IMG/VR virus record: IMGVR_UViG_3300021961_000042
Location: 32,001-96,000 of that record
Direction: 5' to 3' (one strand)
DNA: 64,000 nucleotides
From: a virus
The translations under genes were made by a program, and so were the position numbers. Positions 10,901 to 21,868 of this stretch are shown here, piece after piece (the first letter of the stretch is position 1; each line of letters opens with the position of its first letter). The notes beneath the pieces are model-generated. The model was not told the origin of the DNA and did not search any database. It saw nothing but the letters and a program-made list of their open reading frames with translations.

Positions 10901-13900
10901 TGGTGGTTTTGATACATATTGGGACGCAGGTAATCAATCAACAGGATTAGGTAGTATTGTTAGGTTAAATGACCCTTATGGTGAAATTGACACCACATTT
11001 AATTTTGGTGGGTCTGGATTTCAAGGACCATTTATACTTAACGTTAAGGCAATTAAAATACAACCTGCGGATCAAAAAATATTAGTTGGTGGTAGTTTTG
11101 CATCGTATAATGGAACACTTATAAATGGATTGATAAGACTAGAAACTGATGGTAGTATTGATAGTACATTCGTATCTAACTTAGGATCAGGTATATCAGG
11201 AGCTGAAGGTGTATGGTCAATAGATTTATTAAGTGATGGTAGGATTGTTGTTGGTGGTGATTTTACAACAGTTAACAGTAACTCTTATAATAATATAGTT
11301 GTTTTGAATCCTAACGGAACAATAGATACAAACTTTATTGTAGGTAGTGGTTTTGACGTTAAAGTTTTTTCAGTTAAAGTGGATAGTAATGATAATATTT
11401 TTGTAGGTGGAGAATTTACAACATATAATGGAAATTTAGCACCTAAACTTACAAAATTATTATCCACAAATGGAAATATAGATTCATCATTTGTTTTGGA
11501 TCCGTCAATAAACACTGCATTATCAAACAACACAAACTTTTTAATTAAAACAATTGAGTTAGATACATTTAATAATAATATTTTAATTGGTGGGTTATTT
11601 TCTATTGAGGGAAGAAATAATATAATGAGAATAACCAATAATGGAGGAACAGACCCAACGTTTAATTCCAATTTTAACTGGGGTACTTTAGTTTCTGTTA
11701 TTAAATTTCTTCCTGACAACTCAATTTGTGTTGGGGGTAATTTTGGACCAAATGTTAATGAAAACACGGCAAATATTAGAAGAATAACAAATAGTGGTAC
11801 TAAATTTACAACAATAAATATAAATAACCAAATACCATTCAATACTTGGCATAACGTGGCACAAGGTTATAATGCTTATCCAAAATTCTTTTTTGAAAAT
11901 TTTGGAAATAAAGAAATAATATTTTTAACAAGAGGCACTGACCCTTATACTCAAAAACAAACAATAGAGTACGATTTGTCTGTATTATTTGGTTTATCGT
12001 ATGACACAGTAAAGGTTAAGGGGGAATATTATTTAAATGTTCCAATAAAACCTAATTTTGTTAATCAGTCAGGGCAGAATGCTTCCACCACTAATCTACC
12101 TTGGCAAGAACCTGGAATATCAAACTCATTATGGTATGGAGGAGGAACAACACCCGAAAGTCACGATGTTATAAACAATAACAATCCTATATTATTCCAT
12201 AAACCATATAATAATTTTAATATACCAACCAGCTCTTGGACCGCCTTCACAAATAACTCTTTGAAATATTATAACTCAACTGATAAATCTAGAGTAAATC
12301 ACGTTGCGTTTCCTGGTGACAGTAAAAATATAGGAAATTTTACCCAAAATTTTGGAAGAGAATCGACGGTTAGTTATCAATATGTAAACGGTAAAAACAC
12401 TATAGGTATTCAGTGGTCTCAGGGAGACCCACCAAGCACTATACCAACAACACCTGATTATTATGTTAACTCTAATGTTGGGGATCCTGTTTATAAACAA
12501 GGTAATATTGAAGGTGCTTCATTTTTGGCTGCTGACTTTTCACCAGGTGAAATATTTGATTTAGAAGATTCGTCAAAATTCGCTAGGGTTTTTTCACCTG
12601 CATATCATTTAGATTATTTAACAGATAATGTTATGATAAACAAACAAAGATTAGTTTTTAGAAGTGACAGATTACCAACATCTACTACAACAGAAGTTAA
12701 TGGAAACACTTCTTATTCACTTTTCTTAAATGATAATTTTGCAATATATAGAATTTCAGATCAAGGCATATTGGAAGGTCTTACTTATCAAATAAACCAA
12801 CAAACAGACACTACAAACAATTTTCAAGATTTTGCTGATGATAACTCAAGTCAAGTTAATGATGCGATTCTTAATACTTTGACATGTGAAGGTTTAAAAC
12901 CACTTGATTGTTATGTTGGACAAGGAACCTCTTTTTCTGTTTCAGACCCATGTCCGACAAATGAAGACACTAGTTTATCAACACAAAGAGTTATTGGTGG
13001 TTGTTATTATTTTGTACAAGAACCATTTTTTAAAGTTGAGAGCATTAAAAAAGACATTAACTTTTTTGCTGAATGGAAAGCAAGATTTAGATTTACATAT
13101 GCGGCATGTAGAGGTGTTATAAGTCATGTATTTCAAAATAATTGGGTCAATGGAAGTCTATATATGTTCCCAATAAAAAAACAAACAATATTTGATATAC
13201 AAGGAAACCCAACAAAAAGAATACATTGTGGATCAAAAGATACTTTTTACAGTGATCAAGGACCAGTTTACTACAACGAAGATTATAACGGATATTTTTA
13301 TAGAGCAACACCGTATAATCAAACAAATGGTTTCATAGGTCAAAAACCTAAATATTTTGATACCACAACAATAACATGGATAGATGCTGAACCTAAGTTT
13401 AAGGGAATGAATAAAAGAAATATCCATTTCCCAACAACAATAATGGATTTAGGGGCTAGAGATCAATTCGCAAAAGAAATATGTTTTAATCCTGAACTTG
13501 AAGGGTATTTAATAGAAACAATAAAATCCACATCATTTAATGAAACTTCAGACATACTTCTATTTTTTATTTTATCAAGACTACTTAGCTCAACTAACGG
13601 ACAAAGATTGATAGGTTCTGGAGACGCGTCAATTAATACTATATTTAGTAGAAGTGAAAATAGAATAGACGGAGATTTGGCCCAATTATTCAGTATAAAT
13701 TCAGAGTATGGTATTGTACCATTTAATGATCAATTTTATGATGATTTTGATATATATTTAGATTCTCAAGGTAGTGCATTAATTGGAATTTTCTTTAGTG
13801 CCGATACCAAAAATAGAATACTTTTAACTCCTGGCATTAATACGTTTGGCGCCGTACAACAACTCATACCATATCCAAAAACACAAGAAGTACCTTTTTA

Positions 13901-14261
13901 CAAATGGAGAAAAGTTGACCCACAAGCGTCAACACCTAGTGACCCACAACCCGCACCAACAATTTTTGGATCTGAATTAAATGATTGGAATACCGATTTA
14001 CAAACAACTAATAACTTGTATTCGGTAAAATACCAAACAATGTCATTTAATGGTACGCCTTATTTTCAATCAACTAATGGAAATAACACCGGATATATAA
14101 TTAACTATGGAGTTAATGGACAACCAACACCAACACCTTCTCAAAATCAAGCAACTGATTCATTTATTGTTGGTGCCCCTTACCATTTTTATTTTGGGTT
14201 AAATAAAGGAAAAAGTGCAATGAACAGGTACATATCAAAATATATAGTAGGTCAAGAATAA
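7965..14261 (+). CDS. very large baseplate/tail-associated protein (2098 aa) with hydrophobic hairpin and delta-60 (DUF5122-like) beta-propeller repeats
   Basis: Position in the baseplate operon; N-terminal beta-sandwich (VVTGRVVANGGYGVPNVAVSVF...TNDSGDFMIVGVP); repeats such as DGKVVVGGGF, KILVGGSF, RLETDGSIDSTF. Confidence 0.7.
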   Translation: MGKSYRFRTTPGKDKNIRMNIEQDFDFIEILSLKLKQSDVYTRFCADYGVVTGRVVANGGYGVPNVAVSVFVPLTQEDENDVVISALYPYKRVDQKNEDGYRYNLLPYEKEYGGHTPTGTFPSREDVLTRQEVLEVYEKYYKYTVRTNDSGDFMIVGVPLGIQTVIMDMDISNIGCFSQRPSDLIRMGMGVESQFAGTQFRSSSDLDSLPQIINSKKDVDVASFWGEGDICNVGITRVDFDLRDLGIVIEPQAIFMGSLFSATEDDALGINCKPKFDTGNLCDLVTGPAKILAIRQTIENDSNGLPVLEQHQLPEGGNVVDDNGTWLVELPMNLDFVSTNEFGEQVLSNDPTVGIPTKAKYRFRVQYQNEGGVNDDVIRPDYLIPNIKEYGWNLFPEQKPANDLLQKQSYAFSLDWNEYGDTGTTIGNQMIQEAINCEDRFFEFNFNRVYTISAFLDRWKWGFNRSRHLGIKEITDRSCTTTTNRFPVNDGVRNFDSLFFVFNLLITLFTVVFPIIIIIWHFVARFYPIIRKILNLIFDILFVIIIGICNALNWVRRKFNLSELNCPDSNPIRLDDRTFPRLSLPMMGYPDCEACTCETYEMAQDLSDPIYAVERINYSVLIDSNSAGEYTWTELQEYQKLISPAYCNTFDTCEIDEQSFFFGINQGFAGYSGPYTQLSKTNVVVWPKQDSRVGALGYTPNWSHILNKLNSRGAYFENGTFIKTTVKNINPQTNVEQPSEPFLDLPLILICDEGTLQQLGGAGQLLTFTDITKINDPNLTGATLNQFGTLGVTGTTSNNQSNLITINESFITPGLQLSAATLHLKLTEQTKDYKFPAGVEYFQIITGGTLNQFEQIADIYSQYGVLRNFVYETGIKFRWGNGYFTAEDWGGRFSNQVTSIDVDLNNNIIVGGQFEYYSQSTTNFNNGNLTSGIVKLSNSDGSVDADFGNGSGYGSYDSGFGTGVVMALETQSDGKVVVGGGFDTYWDAGNQSTGLGSIVRLNDPYGEIDTTFNFGGSGFQGPFILNVKAIKIQPADQKILVGGSFASYNGTLINGLIRLETDGSIDSTFVSNLGSGISGAEGVWSIDLLSDGRIVVGGDFTTVNSNSYNNIVVLNPNGTIDTNFIVGSGFDVKVFSVKVDSNDNIFVGGEFTTYNGNLAPKLTKLLSTNGNIDSSFVLDPSINTALSNNTNFLIKTIELDTFNNNILIGGLFSIEGRNNIMRITNNGGTDPTFNSNFNWGTLVSVIKFLPDNSICVGGNFGPNVNENTANIRRITNSGTKFTTININNQIPFNTWHNVAQGYNAYPKFFFENFGNKEIIFLTRGTDPYTQKQTIEYDLSVLFGLSYDTVKVKGEYYLNVPIKPNFVNQSGQNASTTNLPWQEPGISNSLWYGGGTTPESHDVINNNNPILFHKPYNNFNIPTSSWTAFTNNSLKYYNSTDKSRVNHVAFPGDSKNIGNFTQNFGRESTVSYQYVNGKNTIGIQWSQGDPPSTIPTTPDYYVNSNVGDPVYKQGNIEGASFLAADFSPGEIFDLEDSSKFARVFSPAYHLDYLTDNVMINKQRLVFRSDRLPTSTTTEVNGNTSYSLFLNDNFAIYRISDQGILEGLTYQINQQTDTTNNFQDFADDNSSQVNDAILNTLTCEGLKPLDCYVGQGTSFSVSDPCPTNEDTSLSTQRVIGGCYYFVQEPFFKVESIKKDINFFAEWKARFRFTYAACRGVISHVFQNNWVNGSLYMFPIKKQTIFDIQGNPTKRIHCGSKDTFYSDQGPVYYNEDYNGYFYRATPYNQTNGFIGQKPKYFDTTTITWIDAEPKFKGMNKRNIHFPTTIMDLGARDQFAKEICFNPELEGYLIETIKSTSFNETSDILLFFILSRLLSSTNGQRLIGSGDASINTIFSRSENRIDGDLAQLFSINSEYGIVPFNDQFYDDFDIYLDSQGSALIGIFFSADTKNRILLTPGINTFGAVQQLIPYPKTQEVPFYKWRKVDPQASTPSDPQPAPTIFGSELNDWNTDLQTTNNLYSVKYQTMSFNGTPYFQSTNGNNTGYIINYGVNGQPTPTPSQNQATDSFIVGAPYHFYFGLNKGKSAMNRYISKYIVGQE
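10630..11800 (+). repeat. about 7 delta-60-type protein repeats
   Basis: Recurring (I/V)-x-VGG-x-F ... (R/K)L-x-x-(D/N)G-x-(I/V)D-x-x-F units of roughly 55 aa. Confidence 0.75.
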
Positions 14262-15970
14262 TGAGTGGAGAAAAACAAATATCATATATTTTAGGTAATA
14301 AAAGATTTGCGGGTAGTACAATAACGCCACAACAAATACCGTTAAACCTACAAAGTAATTACAGAAACTATGTTCAAGGAGATAGAAGTACACTGGTTGA
14401 TTTACCACAAATTTTTGATTTTGAAAGACAAAACTCATCTACATTTAGAATAAGTGGTAAAATTATAAACATATTCGATAATTCAATATCAGGAAAAACC
14501 AATTATACACCATTCAAAAATAATTTATATTATTTAGATTCGGCAAATTCAGTAAATACTAACGTATGGAAAGGTTACCCACAATATGACGAGTTTTCTT
14601 TTATAAGAAATTTAGCAGTTACTTCACATATAGATTTTGTTTCTAAAAGTGCGACAACATATAATTGGGGTGTTTATGCTAGTTATGCGTATAGTAGTAC
14701 TACTGCTCAAACTATGACATATTATAGTGAAAAGTTTGGTGTAAATAATACTTTTTCTGTTAGTGATGGAATTCCTTTTGTTATTGATACAGGAACAATT
14801 GATGGTAAATCTTTAGTTTTCTTTTATTGTGCCACAGACCATAACTTAAAAGAAAATGATTACGTTAAATTAAATATATCAATTAATAATAAAGATTTAT
14901 ATAGTGTTTATTCTTTAGGTGATGGAACCTATAGGTCAGAAAAAAGAGTATTTGCAATATACAATTTAAAATTTAATACAAGTGATATTGTATCAGGAAG
15001 AGTCGGTAACTTTAAAAGAGTAACAGACATTTCTAATACCGCAGAAACAACATCTAACTATTATGTTAGGCTTCATAAGATTTTAAAAACACCAAAAGAC
15101 ATTTTTTTAGTTAATAGCGGTTATGAAAATAACCCATTCCCAATAAAAAAGAAACTTGAATTTTCTGGATTAACACCAAATAGTGTTCAAAGAATTTCAG
15201 TAAAAGACGGATCCCAAACTTATGGGTTTTCGGTTAATTCTGATATAGATATTGAGAATTTACTTGATTGTAACGGAAGACCAATTACCGAACTGTTTAT
15301 AACTATAGTTAATCGAGGTTATATGGGTTGGTTTAACCAACCTAGCGGTAATGGAACAAGAGCGATCGATGTTGGATGGGAGTTTAACTTTTCAAAGGAC
15401 TTTTATGATAATTGGTGGAATCATAATTCGACAGATAATAAAGATAACATTTTTGTTGATTCTTATAATAGGTCCAACCAAACATTTTACTATAACAAAC
15501 TTTTAAATGAGGGTGATGTAATAAAAGGCGATTTTTGCGAATATAATAATATTGAACAAATAGAAAAAGTACTTTCACCTATTTATCACAAATACTCTTA
15601 TAATCCTAATATTTTTTTAGATGATCAAACGATAAACGCACCACAATATCCTTCAGGTTATTTATATAAACCACATTATAGTGTGCCGGTAAGAACGTTT
15701 AGTGATTATCAAGAAAGATCAGGTCTAAATGAAATCGATAATGCTCCATTTTATGCTTATTACTCTAACTATTTTGAAAAATTTATATGGAGAGATATCT
15801 ATGATTATGGGTTTATTGATAATGATGGAAATGGTTTAAATGTTCCATTTGTAAATGGAGCTCATTATCCCTATAAAAATATAGTATTTTTACATCACCC
15901 TGTATTTAGAAACACAGAAACAATTGATACAATACTAATAAACCCAATAGAAGTAGACGAGTGTGAGTAA
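14261..15970 (+). CDS. putative virion structural protein (569 aa)
   Basis: Translationally coupled within the baseplate operon; N/S/Y-rich. Confidence 0.65.
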   Translation: MSGEKQISYILGNKRFAGSTITPQQIPLNLQSNYRNYVQGDRSTLVDLPQIFDFERQNSSTFRISGKIINIFDNSISGKTNYTPFKNNLYYLDSANSVNTNVWKGYPQYDEFSFIRNLAVTSHIDFVSKSATTYNWGVYASYAYSSTTAQTMTYYSEKFGVNNTFSVSDGIPFVIDTGTIDGKSLVFFYCATDHNLKENDYVKLNISINNKDLYSVYSLGDGTYRSEKRVFAIYNLKFNTSDIVSGRVGNFKRVTDISNTAETTSNYYVRLHKILKTPKDIFLVNSGYENNPFPIKKKLEFSGLTPNSVQRISVKDGSQTYGFSVNSDIDIENLLDCNGRPITELFITIVNRGYMGWFNQPSGNGTRAIDVGWEFNFSKDFYDNWWNHNSTDNKDNIFVDSYNRSNQTFYYNKLLNEGDVIKGDFCEYNNIEQIEKVLSPIYHKYSYNPNIFLDDQTINAPQYPSGYLYKPHYSVPVRTFSDYQERSGLNEIDNAPFYAYYSNYFEKFIWRDIYDYGFIDNDGNGLNVPFVNGAHYPYKNIVFLHHPVFRNTETIDTILINPIEVDECE

Positions 15971-16850
15971 TTATAGATTTCCAATATCAAGTAATAGTAA
16001 ATATATTAATATCCCTATTGATATGAATTTTGATTTTGAGGGTAGAGATAATGCGATACAAAAATACGAAACGGAAATAAAAAATAAATTAATTAATCCA
16101 ATAATTGATTTTGATACGACTAAATTCTCACATTCAGCGTATACTCAATTAATCAATACTGTCATAACAACAACAACACCATTAGGTTTACAATTAACAA
16201 TACCGATAACCGTACCTAATGTAGAAACTTCTATAAATTATGAGTTTTACTTTTTTGATTTTTTAACAAATGTAACGGCATCTACTATTAACAATTGGGC
16301 GACAGACTATGAAAACGCCAGTTTTACAGATGCCGAAATATATTATTTTGCAAACTCATTTAAGGGTAGTTTTTTTAAATTAGATTTTTATGACACAAAT
16401 AATTCACAAAATCAATTGTTATTATTTACCGTTATTATACCAACACAGCAAGGACTTAAAGAACCAGGTACGATAGGTCCCGTGACTAATCAAACAAATG
16501 TTGAAGTAAAAAAACCAAAATTTATTTTAGATTCAATAGGAAAAGATAAGGAGGGTTATTTTTTATATTGGTTGAAAAATAAAGATTACTTACTTACAAA
16601 TGAAATTTATTGTTCAGTAAAATTCTTTAACGCAAAAAAAGGTGAATTTATAAGAATGATAAATAAACCACAGTCCGATTTTTCAGGAATAAACATGTTA
16701 AACTTGGAACAAGAAATATATTTCTATTTGAAATATAAATTGGATTACGACACAAATGAGTACGTTGTTTTTCAAGAAAACAATAACACAACAATAAGGG
16801 TTGGAACTACTAACGAACCCATAAAATGGTATGAATACGTTAACCCATAA
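15963..16850 (+). CDS. putative virion structural protein (295 aa)
   Basis: Overlapping start and stop with both neighbours. Confidence 0.65.
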   Translation: MSNYRFPISSNSKYINIPIDMNFDFEGRDNAIQKYETEIKNKLINPIIDFDTTKFSHSAYTQLINTVITTTTPLGLQLTIPITVPNVETSINYEFYFFDFLTNVTASTINNWATDYENASFTDAEIYYFANSFKGSFFKLDFYDTNNSQNQLLLFTVIIPTQQGLKEPGTIGPVTNQTNVEVKKPKFILDSIGKDKEGYFLYWLKNKDYLLTNEIYCSVKFFNAKKGEFIRMINKPQSDFSGINMLNLEQEIYFYLKYKLDYDTNEYVVFQENNNTTIRVGTTNEPIKWYEYVNP

Positions 16851-17932
16851 TGTCTAATAGTGTTTTAAAATATAGAATTAGTCCTGAGTTTCTTAAAACT
16901 GATATTTTTGAAGAAACATATAATGGAGTAGATTTTGGGGTCTATTCATCTATAACTGAAATAGTTAGCGGAGGAACTAATGGTAATTCATATTTAACCG
17001 GTTTAACTATACCTATTGTTTTAAATCAGTCATATAATGATATTGGTTATTATTCTGAGTTTAGTGGTTTTATTGATCAAAAAGATATTGTTGGAAATTT
17101 TGTTATTTCAGGTAATAGTCAAAACCCGTATACTGTAACCGTTTATAATTCAAGTTCTTTTGTGTTCAACAGTTACTTGCAATTGGCTAATTACACAATA
17201 GATTGGGGAGACGGATCTGTGTCAGGGCAATTATCTACAACTAATGGACAACAATCACACACATATCAAAACTCACCAGGTAATTATATTATTACATTAT
17301 CGCAATTAAATCCTTTTGGATTAACAACAATCCAAAAACCAATATTTTTACCATTTACGGGGGTAACCATAGATAACCAATTAGGTGAAGTTTTTTTTAC
17401 ACAACAAGGTGGTTCTTGGTCAGGGATACCGATTTCATATAACTACATTTTCACAGGTGATTCTGTTAATGACGCCCAATATCACGTATCAAGTAACTAT
17501 ACACAAGTACCTTTTAATATTGTTGGTAAAACAAAATCTAAGTTGAGACTTCTTAAATTATGGGGACCACAAGAATACATTCCTGGTTTTTTTGTGCAAA
17601 TAAGTGATAACAGTATTGGTGTTGTTGATGAAATTGAGACTGATTATATTGCATACACTATCGATGGAATACACTATATAGATTATTTTAGTGGGACAAC
17701 TTTCTTTTCTTTTGAATCGTCAGGGTTTACTATTAATGATTTAGCGTCATCTGGTTTAACAAAAGACGAATTACTTTTAGATTTTGTTATGGCACCTGAA
17801 GTTCAGACAGACGTTTTTGTAGAAAGAGGTAAATACTCTCCTTTTGAATATACACAAAGACTTGGTGAGGTGGATAATGTAGGGGATTTACAAAGGTACG
17901 GATATGGTTTTTTTAAAATTAACACCACCTAA
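16850..17932 (+). CDS. putative structural protein with PKD-like Ig domain
   Basis: YTIDWGDGS...SHTYQNSPGNYIITL. Confidence 0.7.
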   Translation: MSNSVLKYRISPEFLKTDIFEETYNGVDFGVYSSITEIVSGGTNGNSYLTGLTIPIVLNQSYNDIGYYSEFSGFIDQKDIVGNFVISGNSQNPYTVTVYNSSSFVFNSYLQLANYTIDWGDGSVSGQLSTTNGQQSHTYQNSPGNYIITLSQLNPFGLTTIQKPIFLPFTGVTIDNQLGEVFFTQQGGSWSGIPISYNYIFTGDSVNDAQYHVSSNYTQVPFNIVGKTKSKLRLLKLWGPQEYIPGFFVQISDNSIGVVDEIETDYIAYTIDGIHYIDYFSGTTFFSFESSGFTINDLASSGLTKDELLLDFVMAPEVQTDVFVERGKYSPFEYTQRLGEVDNVGDLQRYGYGFFKINTT

Positions 17933-17969
17933 AAAAAGGTACATAAACTATTTATAAAATAAAAAAAAT

Positions 17970-18878
17970 ATGGCACTTGGTTCATATGGTACAATAAGAC
18001 CCGCAGACGTTTCACCGGCTGACGTAGAGATAATTTTACATTATACTCCGTCTAGAGATGTTACAGCAAACTTTACGCTTAAAAAATTAAACTCAACACA
18101 AATTTTAACACCTTATTTCCATAATGGAAACACAGGTGGTAATACTAATATTGAAGTGTTAGGTGGTTTATATAATTTAAAACTACCAGCAGAAGAGTTT
18201 AATGCGATAGGTGTTTACACGGTGTATTTAAGACCTGCACAAATAAGAACAAGAATTAGCGATTGTGGTACTCTATCCGCCTTACCAAACGTTAAAGGGA
18301 TTATAGTGGACATAAGTAATGTACCTCAAAATTTTAGAAACAAATTCGTTAATCAAGGACTTGTTGGTTACAGAGTAGAATATTTGAATAATGACGGAAG
18401 TAAAATTCCTAACTTTTTTAGAATTATAACATCTTCATTTTTTTGTGAACCAACATTAACTGATCAGGTTAATAGTTCTCAAAAAACATTAAGATATAGA
18501 TATGTTGAAACTGGAAGCAATTTAATATTTTGTACATTATCACCATCGTCATCACCAACCAACAAACCAAACGCAACTCCTTTTATAGGGCAACCCAATC
18601 AAAATATCATTATAACAAATACTTTTTTTAATCCAATATCAGTGGATATTGAAATCGGCGAGTATGACTTAGATACTTTAGGAATTGCACTTTATGGTAA
18701 CCAAACTAAGAGTATTGATGACGGGATTTATACTTTATATGATAGAGCAGGAAACATATATAAACAATATAACTTATTTGAAGTTAGGGATAATTTCAAC
18801 GAATTACTATACGAAGTTAGACAAGATAGAGGTAGTAATATTGATTTTACTAAAAACTTTACAAATATAATTACTTAA
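17970..18878 (+). CDS. putative virion structural protein (302 aa)
   Basis: TATTTAT at 17949; coupled to the next gene. Confidence 0.65.
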   Translation: MALGSYGTIRPADVSPADVEIILHYTPSRDVTANFTLKKLNSTQILTPYFHNGNTGGNTNIEVLGGLYNLKLPAEEFNAIGVYTVYLRPAQIRTRISDCGTLSALPNVKGIIVDISNVPQNFRNKFVNQGLVGYRVEYLNNDGSKIPNFFRIITSSFFCEPTLTDQVNSSQKTLRYRYVETGSNLIFCTLSPSSSPTNKPNATPFIGQPNQNIIITNTFFNPISVDIEIGEYDLDTLGIALYGNQTKSIDDGIYTLYDRAGNIYKQYNLFEVRDNFNELLYEVRQDRGSNIDFTKNFTNIIT

Positions 18879-21868
18879 TGGCTAAAACTAAATTTTTATG
18901 TCCACCAATTGCGGCCACAGGTTCTGCAACTTTTTCCGACAATTTAGTCGGATTTCAAGTTGTGGACGGTGGAGGATTAACCCAAGGAAATTTTCAATTT
19001 ACAACATCATCTTTTGAAAAAGTAAATAGAAGTTTTTCTCTTGGGGTTTTTTCACAACCATACACTCTTGAAACATTAAAAATTGATAATATAGAGCAAA
19101 GTAAATTATTTGTTGAAAAGAACTTTCAAGTAGTACCAAACTTTGATTTATCACAAGTAACTAGTTTTTCACTATATGGTTCTTTTAGTAAAAGAATTTC
19201 TTCATCTATTACAAAAATTATAAGTAATTTTCCCGCAGCATTACAAATTGATTTTAAAAATTTTTCACAGTTTACGGGAAATACCGCTTTTAATATACAA
19301 TACGATAGTATTGAAAATGAAACTAGTTTTGATGTAAATATTTCATTAATAAAAAACCCATTTGATATTGATTACTCTATAAATGCAACATCGAATTTAG
19401 CGACAAGACCAATAAAGGTTAGTGAATATAGAAACCTTACAGTAAATTATACAAAATTTTCTTTATACGTTTCAAATTTAAATACACAATACAAAGTACT
19501 TGATTTTACCCCATCAACATTTATAAGTGCAGGAACTTTAAGTTTTATTGTTGAAGGTAATCCTTTTTCTTCACAAACAGCAACAACGGATACTTTAATT
19601 ATAAAACCAAATGATGAAAAAACAGAAGAAATTTTTAATACAAATTTTGATTATGTTGAAAAATATATTTTAAATAGACAAAGTTTTCCATTATATACTT
19701 CTGTTTATGAATATCCTGAATATAACGATAACGGAGAGTTAACTATGTATTCACAAAAATTATCATGGGGTTTAGACGGACTTTGGAATTTAGATATATT
19801 CAGCAATAATTTTGAGACATACTTACAAGATTTAAGTAATATAACGGAAAATATAGATAGCTACAGAACCAATTTAATAAGTAGATTTTTAACTTCAGGT
19901 TCAATAAAAGAATTTGATACTAACGATCAGAAAGTAGAAAAAGTATTACAGTTATACGGAAGAAGTTTCGATGAAACAAAAAAGTTTATTGATTCTTTAG
20001 CTTATATGACATCGGTTAATTATAAGGTGGGTAACGACATACCCTCACAGTTGTTAGTGAATTTGGCAAACACTTTAGGGTTTGATACTAAAACAACACC
20101 AATCACTAATGATGATTTAATGAATTCTATTTTTACAACATCAAAAGAACAAATTTATTCGGGACAGGCTGTTCAAAAAACACCACAAGAACTAAATTAT
20201 CAGTTTTATCGAAATTTAATTTTAAATGCTTCATATCTTTTTAGGTCTAAAGGTACTAGGAAATCAATTGAATATATTTTAAGATTTATTGGTGCACCCG
20301 AACAATTAATAGAATTTAACGAGTACATTTATTTGGCCGATAGTAGAATCCCTATTGAAGATTTTGATTCCCAATATGCGACAATTTCTGGAGGTACTAA
20401 GTTTTTTACAAGACCTTCTTTAGATTCAAACAATACTTTTAAAATTAGAGGTGTAAAATACACTGCGTTTACTACTGACGGGTTTATACAAAGTACCATA
20501 ATAGATGAAACAGATTACCCAATAAATTTGATAACAGGATATCCTGAAGTTCCTGTTTTTACTGCTGATTATTATTTCCAAAAAGGATCAGGTTGGTTTG
20601 AAGTAACAACACAACATAGGTCTCAGGAAGTGGTTGATTTTGAGTTATCTAATTTTACGGTAACACCATCTATTGTTAGGACTAAACTGGCTCCATTTAC
20701 ATATGGAAAAGAATATTTAGATAGGTTTGAAAATTTTCCATATATGGAACTTGGATATAATTTATATAGGACTATTGATAACAAAAAATCTTGGAGAAAA
20801 GATGAGGTTGGTAGACGAAAATATACTAATGGCCTTGGATCAACACTTTATGAAACTAGTGATGATAGGTTAGTTATTAATAGTAAAAACATGGAGATAT
20901 ATTTAAATATGGGACAAGGATTGACATACGATGTATGGAATACTTCAGTACAATATAATTACCCTATACCGAATAGTGGATTATCAGGTAATTATCCATC
21001 ACCAGGTTTAAATGATTGGACAGTTATAAATCCAAAACCAAAAGAAAAAACATTTTTTGAGTTTGCTCAAACTTTTTATAATAACATGATTAATGTTAGA
21101 AATAGACAAACAATATCTGATGGTAAAACAGGAGGGTACCCAACACTACAGTCTATTTTTTGGAAATATCTTCAATCACAACAAACTGTAAATATACCAA
21201 CAAATAATTACACTTATCAAAAAATGATAGATTATACACTTGGTTTAGGTGATTATTGGGTTAGACTTGTAGAGCAATTTGTACCCGCAACTGCGTTGTG
21301 GATGACGGGACAAAAAATGGATAACTCCGCATTTCATAGGCAAAAAGTCGTTTGGAGAAGACAAAGAGGGTGTTCATTTATTGAAAGCATATGTCCTCCT
21401 TGTGAATATAATGGAGAACCATTTACATATGATTGTATCGATCAAACAACAACATGTAACATACCAAGCTTTAATCCAGCAACTGTTTTAAATAATAAAA
21501 TTAATCAGTTAATAACAAGTAGTGGATATACAACCAACCAGTGTAACTTTAATACAATTTTATCTGATTGGTATGTTGATTTAAGATTAAAGGATATTTT
21601 AACAAATACTGAACAAAGTTTAATATTAGAAAAATTTTATACAGGTTATGGTCAAAATGCTTCAAATTTAACTACAGGTTTACCTTTAACTTATTATGAT
21701 ATAATAAATGCGATAGACGATAAACTAGAGTTATTGTACCAAGATGGGTTGAATTACTATTTATCGGGAGGAAATCTTATAATAAGTAATTCTAGTTGTT
21801 ATGATGATTTCAATAATAAACAAATCAAATTATATATTGGTTTGGACGTACAAATTAATTGTGGATAA
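18878..21868 (+). CDS. baseplate protein with P2 gpI / T4 gp7-like motif
   Basis: LLVNLANTLGF...YLFRSKGTRKSIEYILRFIG. Confidence 0.65.
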   Translation: MAKTKFLCPPIAATGSATFSDNLVGFQVVDGGGLTQGNFQFTTSSFEKVNRSFSLGVFSQPYTLETLKIDNIEQSKLFVEKNFQVVPNFDLSQVTSFSLYGSFSKRISSSITKIISNFPAALQIDFKNFSQFTGNTAFNIQYDSIENETSFDVNISLIKNPFDIDYSINATSNLATRPIKVSEYRNLTVNYTKFSLYVSNLNTQYKVLDFTPSTFISAGTLSFIVEGNPFSSQTATTDTLIIKPNDEKTEEIFNTNFDYVEKYILNRQSFPLYTSVYEYPEYNDNGELTMYSQKLSWGLDGLWNLDIFSNNFETYLQDLSNITENIDSYRTNLISRFLTSGSIKEFDTNDQKVEKVLQLYGRSFDETKKFIDSLAYMTSVNYKVGNDIPSQLLVNLANTLGFDTKTTPITNDDLMNSIFTTSKEQIYSGQAVQKTPQELNYQFYRNLILNASYLFRSKGTRKSIEYILRFIGAPEQLIEFNEYIYLADSRIPIEDFDSQYATISGGTKFFTRPSLDSNNTFKIRGVKYTAFTTDGFIQSTIIDETDYPINLITGYPEVPVFTADYYFQKGSGWFEVTTQHRSQEVVDFELSNFTVTPSIVRTKLAPFTYGKEYLDRFENFPYMELGYNLYRTIDNKKSWRKDEVGRRKYTNGLGSTLYETSDDRLVINSKNMEIYLNMGQGLTYDVWNTSVQYNYPIPNSGLSGNYPSPGLNDWTVINPKPKEKTFFEFAQTFYNNMINVRNRQTISDGKTGGYPTLQSIFWKYLQSQQTVNIPTNNYTYQKMIDYTLGLGDYWVRLVEQFVPATALWMTGQKMDNSAFHRQKVVWRRQRGCSFIESICPPCEYNGEPFTYDCIDQTTTCNIPSFNPATVLNNKINQLITSSGYTTNQCNFNTILSDWYVDLRLKDILTNTEQSLILEKFYTGYGQNASNLTTGLPLTYYDIINAIDDKLELLYQDGLNYYLSGGNLIISNSSCYDDFNNKQIKLYIGLDVQINCG

